From the NCBI GenBank assembly GCA_964435565.1, contig CAYSZR010000002.1, positions 102 through 64,101 of the forward strand: 64,000 nucleotides of DNA. The letters run 5' to 3'. Under the pieces are notes generated by a model, which searched no databases, was not told the DNA's origin, and saw nothing but the letters and a program-made list of their open reading frames with translations. The position numbers and the translations under genes were made by a program. This document shows positions 1 to 9,132 of the stretch, in pieces; within the stretch, counting starts at the first letter, position 1; each line of letters starts with the position of its first letter. The DNA is from an uncultured Coriobacteriaceae bacterium (GTDB taxonomy: Bacteria; Actinomycetota; Coriobacteriia; Coriobacteriales; QAMH01).

Positions 1-187
1 TTGCCGGTGTGTGCTTATGAATGGGTATGCATCTACTCATTTATACGTATTTCTACTGCCTGTCTCCACAAAAAATCAACTGATATCCATCTGGCATGCC
101 AATGGTTTTACTCAATGCCCCCTCTGTAATCTGGGGACGTCAAGTGGATTCATGGGAGGAATCCCCAAGACTCTCAAGGAGGAGAGT

Positions 188-1267
188 ATGCGAGTTGAAA
201 TGCAACCGTTCCCGTTATGCGAGCTCAAAGGTTCATGGCGTGACATGGGTGTCCAGTACGGAAAGGACATGGCTCCTGAAATCGAGCATATGGCTAAGTG
301 GTGGGAAGATGTGCTTATGGCTCATTTTCCGAACTTCGATAGGCGCAAGGGTTTTCATGGAGCCATTTCGATGTATGAAGGTGAAATTGAATCATATGCG
401 CCGCGCTGGATAGAGTTTATGAAAGGTGCGGGCGAAGGCAGCGGGCTCGGTTATGAGACGATTTTTTGGATTAATGCGGCTTCCAATCTTCTTGAAGGCC
501 CAGTGTGGGCCCTTAAGGACATCGGCGGCTGTACAAGTCTCGCTGTAGAGCCTGCTCGCACGGCTGATGGCAAGACCATCATCGGCCAAAATCTTGATTG
601 GCATCCCGAGCTCAAAATGGTTGCCATCAGGCTTGAACCCGAAGATGCTCCGCGTGCAATGACATTCGCACTTGCTGGTGCGTTGCCGCAGCTCGGTGTA
701 AATGAGAATGGCTACGCTGCCGTTATGAACACCATTGGGCGTGCAAACAACCAAAGCGGCGTTTTGATGAATGTTATTTGTGCCGAAGCATTGTTTGGCA
801 GCTGTATAGGTGAGGCAGCCGAGCGCATCACCATGGCCAAGCGTGCTATGTCGTTCAATCATATGCTTGCGGCCAAAGATGGTGCAATGGTCGATTTTGA
901 AACGACCTGCGAGACATACGGGTTTCTTTCGCCGGTCAATGGCCGTCTTGTGCATACAAATCACTTTCAGACCTCGTGGTTACAAGAGGGCGACACGTTC
1001 AAGGTCTTTTCCGATACGATTATTCGTCAACATTGGGCAGAGACGATTATCGATGCCGAAGAGCAGGTCACGATCGATTCATTTAAAAAAGTCTTTACCG
1101 ACCATCATGGAGACCGGACGCGTTCTATCTGCTGTCATCCCGCCAAAGATGCGTCGTTTACGGACACGTGGTCGACGGTGCTCTCGGTCATCATAGTTCC
1201 CGAAGATGGAAGCATGATCGCAACACATAATCCCTGTGAAAACGAATACGTCGAATATAGCCTGTAG
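188..1267 (+). CDS. C45-family (acyl-CoA:6-aminopenicillanic-acid acyltransferase-like) Ntn hydrolase/acyltransferase
   Basis: ORF 11..1267. The preferred ATG at 188 is preceded by AAGGAGGAG. A Gly-Cys nucleophile context (DIGGC/TSLAV) is typical of self-cleaving C45 enzymes. Recognised by motif only. Confidence 0.55.
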   Translation: MRVEMQPFPLCELKGSWRDMGVQYGKDMAPEIEHMAKWWEDVLMAHFPNFDRRKGFHGAISMYEGEIESYAPRWIEFMKGAGEGSGLGYETIFWINAASNLLEGPVWALKDIGGCTSLAVEPARTADGKTIIGQNLDWHPELKMVAIRLEPEDAPRAMTFALAGALPQLGVNENGYAAVMNTIGRANNQSGVLMNVICAEALFGSCIGEAAERITMAKRAMSFNHMLAAKDGAMVDFETTCETYGFLSPVNGRLVHTNHFQTSWLQEGDTFKVFSDTIIRQHWAETIIDAEEQVTIDSFKKVFTDHHGDRTRSICCHPAKDASFTDTWSTVLSVIIVPEDGSMIATHNPCENEYVEYSL

Positions 1268-1301
1268 CCTCTCGTGAATCGAGTAAAGAGGAGGATTTTC
1301 A

Positions 1302-2534
1302 ATGCTTGAAAACTCACGCAACATTTCCAAAGGCCGCACAATATTGCTGCTTGTCGCATTATTCTTGTCGAGTATGTGCACACTCGGCGATATGGTCGTT
1401 ACGCCCATCGCCGCAAATCTCTATGAAGTTTTCGCCGATTCCCCTGAGGCGCTTATCAACTTCGGTATAACAGGACCCGCCCTTGTGGGCTTGCCTTTCT
1501 CGTTTCTTGCCGGCTGGCTGTGTGACCGGTTCGACAAGAAATGGATTATGGTTATTGGCTTTGTCGCCTTTACCATCACAGCTGTTCTTGGTGCGGCTGT
1601 TCAAGATATATGGTATTTCGTAATCACTCGTTCCATTGCAACTGGCGTTGCTTGGGGCACCACGAATGCAGCGGCTATGTCCATCATCGCGGATCTTTTC
1701 CTCGATGAAGACACTCACGGCAAAATGGTTGGTTACTATAACGCGACCATGTCTATTCTTGGTGCCATTCTTGCGCAGGTCGCAGGTATTCTTGCTGCTT
1801 CTGGCAATTGGACGACTGCTTTCCAGGCGTATTGGATTGCCATTCCCGTCGCTATTATGCTGATTGTGTTCTTGCCATCCATGAAACCGCGAGCAAAGGC
1901 TGACACAGAACAGACGGGGGCAAAAGCTTCAGAGAGCAGCCCAGCAGGCTGGTGGAAGCCCCTCATGCCTTTGACTGTTCAGGTTTTCTTCATTGCCCTT
2001 ATGTATTTTGTTGCCATGTATATGATTGCTCTGTTTGTTGCAGACGCAGGTATCGGTGACGAGGCCTTTGTTGGAACCGTTGCATCTGTCATGACGTTGT
2101 CTTCGGCAGTCGGCTCTGTCGCGTTCGGCTTCTTCTTTGCCAAGATGAAGAATACGGTTTACTTTGCACCTGTCGTTATCATGGGCGTTGCATTTATCGT
2201 CATGGCGATGGCCCCAAGCGAGATTATGACAGTCGTCTGTGGTGCCGTTCTTGGGTTTTTCTGGCCGTTTTACTTCTGCTACTTCTATGCGCATTGCACT
2301 GAGCTCGTCCCGGGTAACCGTGCTGGTACGGCGACGGGCATCGTTGCACTTTCGGACGGACTTGCTGCGACGTTATGCTCGTACCTTCTCACTGGCCTTA
2401 TCGGGGCAACAGGCATGAATTCTGTTCAGCTTTGGCCCTACTTTGGCATCGTGCTGATAGCCGTTGCGGTCATTTCGATTGTCGCGCACTTTGCAAAGGC
2501 GAAGAAGGGTGCCGAAGCGGTATCCATCTCGTAG
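1302..2534 (+). CDS. MFS transporter
   Basis: 410-aa ORF with GAGGAGGA 8 nt upstream of the ATG. About 12 hydrophobic segments with a central hydrophilic loop, and a GWLCDRFDKK loop-2/3 MFS-like motif. Confidence 0.75.
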   Translation: MLENSRNISKGRTILLLVALFLSSMCTLGDMVVTPIAANLYEVFADSPEALINFGITGPALVGLPFSFLAGWLCDRFDKKWIMVIGFVAFTITAVLGAAVQDIWYFVITRSIATGVAWGTTNAAAMSIIADLFLDEDTHGKMVGYYNATMSILGAILAQVAGILAASGNWTTAFQAYWIAIPVAIMLIVFLPSMKPRAKADTEQTGAKASESSPAGWWKPLMPLTVQVFFIALMYFVAMYMIALFVADAGIGDEAFVGTVASVMTLSSAVGSVAFGFFFAKMKNTVYFAPVVIMGVAFIVMAMAPSEIMTVVCGAVLGFFWPFYFCYFYAHCTELVPGNRAGTATGIVALSDGLAATLCSYLLTGLIGATGMNSVQLWPYFGIVLIAVAVISIVAHFAKAKKGAEAVSIS

Positions 2535-2617
2535 ACTTGTATACGCTTGTTTTGTTGTGAGGGCCCCGGGTAATGGCAGACGCCAGTGCTCGGGGCTCGT
2601 CTGTATGTAAATATAAA

Positions 2618-2804
2618 GCCGTGCCTTTCGTGGGATAGCGCTCGAAATGCTCTCTCAGGGTGCCGAAAGGGCGTGCCTTTCGCGATGATTTGCTTGAAGG
2701 GCACGAATTTCGAGGTGCAAAGAGAGCCCTTCGCATGGTTTTGTCCGAAATGCACGCCGTTTTTTGCTGCTAGTCGTGCCCTTCGAGGAATAGCGCTCGA
2801 AAGG
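2618..2804. repeat. Repeat- and hairpin-rich convergent intergenic spacer (CGTGCCYTTCG family)
   Basis: Two 32-nt direct repeats (2618-2649 and 2773-2804) are 27/32 identical. The core CGTGCCYTTCG occurs at 2620, 2672 and 2775, and inverted (GAAGGGCACG) at 2696. Two overlapping hairpins are possible: 2664-2670/2676-2682 and 2673-2681/2696-2704. Confidence 0.7.
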
Positions 2805-4058
2805 TTATTTGGCGCCCTTCAGAATGGTGCGTACAACGTTCTTGCCTGCGTGCTTCGCTTCGTAGAGCGCCCGATCGACGCGAAGATAGAGCGTGTCAAG
2901 ATCATCACCGGAATCTGCTTCGGTAACTCCCAGGCTGATGGTCTGCGGGCTTGCCTCGGGATAATCGAGGTTGCTGAAGCACTTTCGTATGCGTTCCGCT
3001 ACATCGCTTGCTTCTGGATCTTGTATGCCGGGAAGAAGCAGCATGAATTCTTCGCCGCCCCAACGGCCTGCAGAGAGGCTGTTCACGCCGTACTTTTCTC
3101 CATCGAGCAGAATGTTTGCAAGGCACTGGATAATGTAATCGCCCTGCCGATGACCGTAGGTGTCATTCAAGACTTTGAAATTGTCGATGTCGAGCATGAC
3201 AAGCGAGAAAGGCGACTCTTCCAGATTGCAAAGAGCTTCTTTAATGCGCCTTTGAATTTCCGTGCGGTTATACAGGCCGGTAAGACCGTCGATCGTCGAT
3301 GCCCGGTGCAGCTTCTTTTTCAGAAGCTCTTGTTCGGTGATGTCATAGATAAGCGCGATGATGCCGCTTGCCTTGCCATGTTCGTCGAGTATGGGCTCTT
3401 TGGTTATGTCATAGAACTCTTTGATACCGTCGGTGTTGATTTCGATCGTATAGCGTGTGCCCTGGCCGGTCTCAAGTATCTTTTTGTCTGCTTGCATGGC
3501 GAGAATCGCATTGTCTTTATCTTTGCGAATCTCTATATCGGTCTTGCCGCGAATCGTCCAGTTGGGATCATCGCTATAATCAAGGTGGTGCCAGTAATGT
3601 GTCGCAAAAATATACCTGCCTTCGGAATCCTTCATGAAGATATTGGAGGGCAGCACGTGCACGAGCTCAGAGAATTCATCGAAGGTCATTGAGTCTTTAA
3701 TATGAATAGCATTTGCGATGCGGTTTTGGACGACTACTGGGCATGCGGTTGCGCCGACAAGATCGAGGATTCCATGTTGCAGGGCATCAGCGGCTTCATC
3801 TTGCGAGGGAGCATCTGAAAGTCCCAAAATCGGTATGTAATCATATCTATGGTCGCTTGTTATCGCATTGATAAAGGCATAGTTGTCTGCAGAGGCCATA
3901 CGCAGGTCGACGAGCACTGCGCTGGTGGTCATATGATGAGTGTCGAGATAAGCAAGGGCATCTTCGCAGGTCTGGACCGTTACGTACGCATACTTGCCTT
4001 GCAGCATGTCGCGAATCCAGTATTGCGTTTGCGTGACCAGGAGCGCTGTTTTATCCAT
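2805..4058 (-). CDS. Diguanylate cyclase: receiver-like domain, PAS, GGDEF
   Basis: 417 aa with an intact GGEEF active site (RWGGEEFMLLLP) and a PAS-like segment. The N-terminal CheY-like fold lacks the usual acidic pair (LLVTQTQ). No RxxD I-site lies 5 residues upstream of GGEEF. Confidence 0.85.
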   Translation of the reverse strand: MDKTALLVTQTQYWIRDMLQGKYAYVTVQTCEDALAYLDTHHMTTSAVLVDLRMASADNYAFINAITSDHRYDYIPILGLSDAPSQDEAADALQHGILDLVGATACPVVVQNRIANAIHIKDSMTFDEFSELVHVLPSNIFMKDSEGRYIFATHYWHHLDYSDDPNWTIRGKTDIEIRKDKDNAILAMQADKKILETGQGTRYTIEINTDGIKEFYDITKEPILDEHGKASGIIALIYDITEQELLKKKLHRASTIDGLTGLYNRTEIQRRIKEALCNLEESPFSLVMLDIDNFKVLNDTYGHRQGDYIIQCLANILLDGEKYGVNSLSAGRWGGEEFMLLLPGIQDPEASDVAERIRKCFSNLDYPEASPQTISLGVTEADSGDDLDTLYLRVDRALYEAKHAGKNVVRTILKGAK

Positions 4059-4208
4059 GTCTGTTCAAATCTAGAATGCAGCGTCTTATAGGATGCACTC
4101 GTGCAAGTAACTCTACAAAAAAGATTATAGACGCTTGCAGATGTTCGGTTGTCCGCTCTTTTCAGAAAACCAATATAAATATACGGATACGCAGTTGAAA
4201 TTAGGGCC

Positions 4209-6131
4209 TTACCCCATTGCGATTTGCCAGCCGTTGAGGAATGAGGGGTAATCTTCCAGGGGCATTGGATGCGCGAAATAATAGCCCTGGATATAATCGG
4301 CGCCGCATGCGATGACCTTCGACGCTTGTTCTGCCGTCTCGACGCCTTCGACAACGACCTGATGCCCCTTGCGATGGAACATTCCTATAAGCTCGCATAC
4401 GGTCTCATAGCCATCCCGTGTTCCCTGGTCCACAAGGCTCTTGTCTATTTTTATCTTGCCAAATGGGAATTCAAAGACTGCGGCGATACTGGAAAAACCT
4501 GTGCCGAAATCGTCCATAAGAAACACGTAGCCAAGGTCGCGCAAACGCGAAAGCGAATTGATGACCCGTTCATCGCGGCTGACGAGCATGCGTTCTGTGA
4601 TTTCAAGCGATACCTGATTGCGATTGATACCGTGCAGGGCAAGCGTCTCTTCAAGCTCGTCGACGAATCGTTCATTGACGAGCTGCTGCATTGAGAGATT
4701 GATAGAGACGTTTTCGAGTTGTTCGTGGGACTTTGAGCTGAGAAATCCGCAGACGTCCTCGACCGTCTGTTTTCCAATATCTGCTATGAGCCTGCTTTCC
4801 TCTGCGATAGGAATGAACTGGCCGGGAAGTATCATCGTGCTGTTGGGGCCGGTGAGCCTGCAAAGTATTTCCCCAGAAATCAATGTGCCTGCGCGAACGT
4901 CGTATATCGGTTGCACCCATGTCCTGAATCTGCGGCTCTTCACGGCATCTTCCATGTAGCTTGTCAGCTTCTTCTTGTGATTGAGCTCCTCTGCCACAAC
5001 GGCATCGACACGCATCTCAATGGTTTCATCGTGACGCATCTTATCCTGCGCGTATTCTATGCGCTCGAGCGTTTCTTCGGGGGTCGCCCCATCGTTTCCA
5101 ACGGTATAGTCGATGAAGCTCAACGATACTTCGATCTCTTGACCGCCCACGTGAATCGCATGGGGCGCATCGGCCACGAGCGAGGAAAAGAACTGGTCGC
5201 CCTTTTCAAGAGCGCATGTAGAAAAGACGAGGGCAAACGATGTTTGGTTGATACGGTAGACGTTGTCCCGATCACATCTTTTGCATGCCCATTCGGCAAT
5301 TTTATACAATGCACGGTTTCCCCGATCAGAGCCATAGGTCGCATTGAGTGAACGCATGTGATCAAGCTTGATGACGAAGATACGGTCTGGATTGCCACGT
5401 CGCCTCCAAGCTTCAGCTTCAAAGAGGAAGTCGAGCTGATTGCCAAGGCCGGTCAGGGGGTCTGTTTCGATGCTGTGCCGTTGGATGACGAGTTGCAAGA
5501 CGAGTGCAACACACGCTGCGGTCATGCCGTTCATGATTATCTGTGGATAGAAGGCCTGAAACATCAGCAAAAGCAAGACGGCAGGTGTGCCGATGCTCAA
5601 AATGCGCTTGATGTCATTGGAAATGTCCTTGCGGTGGATGATAGCGCAGACGAAGATGAGAACTATCATTGCCGCAGCTTGCATGTACCCGATAGTCCAT
5701 AGTGAGCCGTGGTGAAACACTTCGCTCGCATCGAAATAATATACCCATGACGTGATGGGATTAATTAGGAGCAGCGTCACGGCACCCGTGCCAATCACGC
5801 GTACGGAATGTATCGCAATTGAAAGCGCGCGTGGGTCGTCGGTGCGCCTGAGCATGTTATGGAGAATATACATCGCGTAGGCTTCTATCATGCCAAAGCA
5901 GACAAGGTCATAGGCGGTTTCGGTGATGGCAACGAGAAAGGCAGAAGCTCTTGATTCCGGGGCTGTTATGAATAGGAATGTGGCATCGATGATGATTGAG
6001 AGCATATTAAGGATAACTGCCGCGAAAAAGTACTTTTGGATATCGGCATGGCGCAGGCTGCGTTTGCCGGTGCAAGCAATAACAATTGTCAAGATGACGA
6101 GGGCAAGGAACTCCGCGACAAACGAAATCAT
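4209..6131 (-). CDS. Membrane-bound c-di-GMP phosphodiesterase (multi-TM sensor, degenerate GGDEF, EAL)
   Basis: 640 aa with about 6 N-terminal TM helices. The GGDEF position reads NQTSF, so it is degenerate. EAL-domain signatures are present: EIL, LEITE, DDFGTGFSS, KIDKS, EGVE, QGYYF. Confidence 0.85.
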   Translation of the reverse strand: MISFVAEFLALVILTIVIACTGKRSLRHADIQKYFFAAVILNMLSIIIDATFLFITAPESRASAFLVAITETAYDLVCFGMIEAYAMYILHNMLRRTDDPRALSIAIHSVRVIGTGAVTLLLINPITSWVYYFDASEVFHHGSLWTIGYMQAAAMIVLIFVCAIIHRKDISNDIKRILSIGTPAVLLLLMFQAFYPQIIMNGMTAACVALVLQLVIQRHSIETDPLTGLGNQLDFLFEAEAWRRRGNPDRIFVIKLDHMRSLNATYGSDRGNRALYKIAEWACKRCDRDNVYRINQTSFALVFSTCALEKGDQFFSSLVADAPHAIHVGGQEIEVSLSFIDYTVGNDGATPEETLERIEYAQDKMRHDETIEMRVDAVVAEELNHKKKLTSYMEDAVKSRRFRTWVQPIYDVRAGTLISGEILCRLTGPNSTMILPGQFIPIAEESRLIADIGKQTVEDVCGFLSSKSHEQLENVSINLSMQQLVNERFVDELEETLALHGINRNQVSLEITERMLVSRDERVINSLSRLRDLGYVFLMDDFGTGFSSIAAVFEFPFGKIKIDKSLVDQGTRDGYETVCELIGMFHRKGHQVVVEGVETAEQASKVIACGADYIQGYYFAHPMPLEDYPSFLNGWQIAMG

Positions 6132-6250
6132 TACCGTTTTCTCCTCAGACGCTTTTGGCTACATTTAATTTACGTTAAGCGTGCGCGTTATTTTAGCGCA
6201 AGCGCAGGCAGACTATAATGGGAGCAACAAGATTTGTTCAAGGAGGCATC

Positions 6251-7138
6251 ATGCATATTGAAAAACCACAGCATCAGACGCCATCGGTCATGAATTGCCC
6301 CATGTTGCAGGTTGTAGAAGGATGCACGCACAACAAGTGCCATTTTTGCGATATCTACCGTGACATTACGTTTCATAAGGCGCCCATTGAAGAAATCGAA
6401 GAAGACTTAGACGAACTGGCCGCGGTGCTCCGTCCCAATCAACAACGTATCAATCTTATAGGTGGAAACCCGTACGCTCTATCGACAGATCAGATCATTT
6501 CGATTCTCGATCGTATTAAGGAAAAACTGCCCTATATCAGGAGTTTTGGCGGGTTTTGCCGCATCGCGGATATCAAGCGTAAAAGTGATGAGGAACTTGC
6601 CCTCCTTGCTTCGTATGGCGTCAATGACCTGAGCATCGGGGCTGAAAGCGGCTATGATCCCGCACTTTCGTTCATGGAAAAGGGGCACACGGCTGCAGAT
6701 GTTGCCGAACAGGGGCAGCGCCTGCACGCTGCGGGCATCGACTTCACCTATTTCTATCTGGTCGGCATGGCGGGGGCGACAAAGGGACATGCAAATGCGG
6801 TTGCAAGTGCGAAGGCGTTCAGTGAAGCGGCGCCGGGTCACATTCTTATCGTTTGCATCACTCCAACCAAGACGTGGCCGCTTTCTGCAGATATAGAGGC
6901 CGGTCTATGGACGCCACCCGACGAGATTGAAATGATCGAGGAAATACATTCCTTCATCGAGCACCTTGATTGCAAGACATATGTGAACTGCTCGCATGAT
7001 ACTGATGTGATTCGGTTCGAAGGCCTGTGCCCGAAGGATCAGAAAAATATGTTGCTGCTAATAGAGGATCGTTTGCCAAAGGTCAATCCCGATGCAGCAC
7101 GTCGCATGCGAGAGATGATACACAGAGCGACGTTTTAG
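6251..7138 (+). CDS. Radical SAM protein, function unknown
   Basis: CTHNKCHFCDIY contains the CxxxCxxC cluster motif. The ATG at 6251 is preceded by AGGAGG, whereas the ORF track starts at 6218. Confidence 0.75.
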   Translation: MHIEKPQHQTPSVMNCPMLQVVEGCTHNKCHFCDIYRDITFHKAPIEEIEEDLDELAAVLRPNQQRINLIGGNPYALSTDQIISILDRIKEKLPYIRSFGGFCRIADIKRKSDEELALLASYGVNDLSIGAESGYDPALSFMEKGHTAADVAEQGQRLHAAGIDFTYFYLVGMAGATKGHANAVASAKAFSEAAPGHILIVCITPTKTWPLSADIEAGLWTPPDEIEMIEEIHSFIEHLDCKTYVNCSHDTDVIRFEGLCPKDQKNMLLLIEDRLPKVNPDAARRMREMIHRATF

Positions 7139-7146
7139 GAGCGTAC

Positions 7147-7686
7147 ATGGAGGCTGAAATCAAATACCTGCCAGGCGTGAAGCTTACGCATATTCCGTCT
7201 ATAGATGATTGCGAATATATGATGATTGAGCAGGAGTCTGGCCAGGATGTCTATGTGGCTGCAGTCGATGCGAAAGGGGAGCAACGGGTCGTTGCCTTTA
7301 TCGACGCGGCAACGGGTGCGGCATTTCCCTGCGGGCAACTTGGGACAAAGCCGGGGGATAATCCCCGTGACAGGGGCGAGGAGCCCCTGGTCAAGCTTGT
7401 GGGAACGCCAGATGAACAGACGGGTCAAATTGTTATCAAGCAAACCGAAGGTCATTGGCGCCGGTATAGCCGTTGGGACAAGGTGACTGTTGCACCGCCT
7501 ACGCAGCCGCATGCCGTCGTGCGAACGCTGCCCCAATGCGGGTGCGGTGGTTACCTTGGAGCGCCGTCGATGTTCGATTCGTTCGAGGAGATGATCGCAT
7601 ATTTCTTCGTCGTGTTTTCTGATGCCCAGGCGGTGAATGCAAAGCATGCGGCCAATCTTCGCGGCGATGCGTGTTGCGCGATCTAA
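7147..7686 (+). CDS. Hypothetical protein with Cys-rich C-terminal part
   Basis: The ATG at 7147 lies 5 nt after AGGAG and 8 nt after the radical SAM stop. No family was recognised. It contains QCGCGG and ends in DACCAI. Confidence 0.45.
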   Translation: MEAEIKYLPGVKLTHIPSIDDCEYMMIEQESGQDVYVAAVDAKGEQRVVAFIDAATGAAFPCGQLGTKPGDNPRDRGEEPLVKLVGTPDEQTGQIVIKQTEGHWRRYSRWDKVTVAPPTQPHAVVRTLPQCGCGGYLGAPSMFDSFEEMIAYFFVVFSDAQAVNAKHAANLRGDACCAI

Positions 7687-7737
7687 CGGTGATACTATCG
7701 TTTCGCAAATGCGTTTTAAGAGAAGGCAGGGATTGTC

Positions 7738-8199
7738 ATGAGCGAGCTTGTGCGGTTTACGGTAGCGATGCCTGAGGATCTGCTCGATGCGTTGGATACG
7801 TATACGGCGCGTCGCGGTACCGCGCATAATCGTTCTGAGGCTATCCGTGATCTGGTGCGCGGGGCTCTTGTCGAAGAAGAGGTCGAAGATCCTGAATCGC
7901 GCATCTTCGGCACGCTCACGATGGTTTTCAATCACCATTCGAATGACCTGCGCGACAAACTCGATGCTATCCAACATGAACACGTCGAAGAGATCGTCTC
8001 GACGGTTCACGTGCACCTAGATGAGGAAAACTGCCTGGAAGTCGTGCTTATGCGCGGGCAGAGCAGAACGATTCGCTCGATTGCCGATACGTTGCTGGGA
8101 ACGAAAGGTGTCATGCACGGCAAGCTTGTCGTGACGACAACGGATGCACCGCATGCCCACAGCCATGACCATGCGCATGGCCATGTGCATGAGCACTAG
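7738..8199 (+). CDS. nikR: Nickel-responsive regulator NikR (RHH plus ACT-like domain) with a His-rich tail
   Basis: The N-terminal ribbon-helix-helix (RFTVAMPEDLLDALD...RSEAIRDLVR) and the C-terminal pattern HH..D........H..VHVHLD match the NikR layout. The tail is HAHSHDHAHGHVHEH. Confidence 0.8.
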   Translation: MSELVRFTVAMPEDLLDALDTYTARRGTAHNRSEAIRDLVRGALVEEEVEDPESRIFGTLTMVFNHHSNDLRDKLDAIQHEHVEEIVSTVHVHLDEENCLEVVLMRGQSRTIRSIADTLLGTKGVMHGKLVVTTTDAPHAHSHDHAHGHVHEH

Positions 8200-8519
8200 G
8201 CTTTGGGGGCTTCTTCCGGCTCCTTGTCCTCTGCTGCGGGGGCCTTCTCCGCTTTGGCCTTGCTATCGTCGTCATCGAACATCTTGTCGATACGGTCTTG
8301 GAAACTCTCGACCTTGTCGAGCACGCCGTCTTTGTCGATAGTGTTCAAATCGACATCCGTGCCAGCCGCCTTCGCGCCGCTTTCGATGCTTTTCTTAGCG
8401 GCTTTCCCCGTTGCTTTGACCTGTTTGTTGAGCTTCTTGAATAAGGCGGGGCCGAAGAGTACGCAGATGATGAGTACAATGATGATGAGTTCAGGAGCGC
8501 CCAGTCCAAAAATTCGCAT
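8196..8519 (-). CDS. tatA: Twin-arginine translocase subunit TatA/E
   Basis: MRIFGLGAPELIIIVLIICVLFGPALFKKL is the canonical TatA TM helix plus amphipathic helix, followed by an acidic C-tail. The start was moved to the ATG at 8519. Confidence 0.8.
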   Translation of the reverse strand: MRIFGLGAPELIIIVLIICVLFGPALFKKLNKQVKATGKAAKKSIESGAKAAGTDVDLNTIDKDGVLDKVESFQDRIDKMFDDDDSKAKAEKAPAAEDKEPEEAPKA

Positions 8520-8676
8520 AAGATGATCCAGTCTCTTTCTATGGCATATCGTGTGCCCATAATATCCCATGGCATCCATATTCGTGGGCAATCAACATAC
8601 AAAACCAATGTGCGGATGCACATTTACGTTAAGATGACGGGAGAGATATTTCAAAGCGTTGCGACGAGGGGGTTTC

Positions 8677-9054
8677 GTGAATCAGGATGCTGCGAGGTCT
8701 GCAGATGTATACGATCAGATCAGGGCGATGTCTGAGCCAAATAGGCTTAAGATCATGCGTCTTCTTTCAGAGAAAAGGCATTGTTCACGTTCCCTTTCCC
8801 TCACCTTGGGCATCAGCGAATCGGCCGTTTCGCAGCATATGACTGTTTTGCGTCAGGCGGGGCTCGTCGATGGGTTGCGCCATGGGCACCATATCCACTA
8901 TCTAATCAATAAAGATGCGGTCGAAAAGATTTCGGCCGAACTCGATCGCTGGATTGCGAGCGTAGATAATCTGGGCGATTGCCACGAGGTCGACACGTGC
9001 GAGTATCGTCTTGACGATGGCTCAAGTGGCTGTCTGTACTATTCGGGCAGCTAG
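8677..9054 (+). CDS. ArsR/SmtB-family metalloregulator
   Basis: Carries an ArsR-type wHTH (PNRLKIMRLLSEKRHCSRSLSLTLGISESAVSQHMTVLRQAGLV). The GTG at 8677 lies 5 nt after GAGGGGG. The C-terminus is Cys-rich (CHEVDTCEY...GC). Confidence 0.8.
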   Translation: MNQDAARSADVYDQIRAMSEPNRLKIMRLLSEKRHCSRSLSLTLGISESAVSQHMTVLRQAGLVDGLRHGHHIHYLINKDAVEKISAELDRWIASVDNLGDCHEVDTCEYRLDDGSSGCLYYSGS

Positions 9055-9070
9055 TAAGTTCGCAATCCAT

Positions 9071-9103
9071 ATTTGCAATTAAAGGCTACCTTTGATTGCA
9101 AAT
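9071..9103. repeat. Dispersed hairpin element, copy A (15-bp stem, 3-nt loop)
   Basis: ATTTGCAATTAAAGG-CTA-CCTTTGATTGCAAAT, 16 nt after the arsR-like stop. There is one G-T pair in the stem. Confidence 0.75.
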
Positions 9104-9132
9104 GATTTAGACGCGTATGAAGAGAGGGATTT

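Noticed and set aside
2586-3692. A 368-aa plus-strand ORF overlapping the REC-PAS-GGDEF gene.
   Set aside because: It starts inside the repeat-rich spacer and runs antisense to a gene with an intact GGEEF domain. No motifs were recognised.
8196-8199. Convergent genes sharing or abutting stop codons. nikR and tatA overlap in CTAG at 8196-8199. pdxK and the adhesin gene have stops 3 nt apart at 49898-49906, inside a small AAATAA/TTATTT palindrome.
   Set aside because: This is real but common in compact genomes. No terminator or regulatory structure can be argued from the sequence alone.
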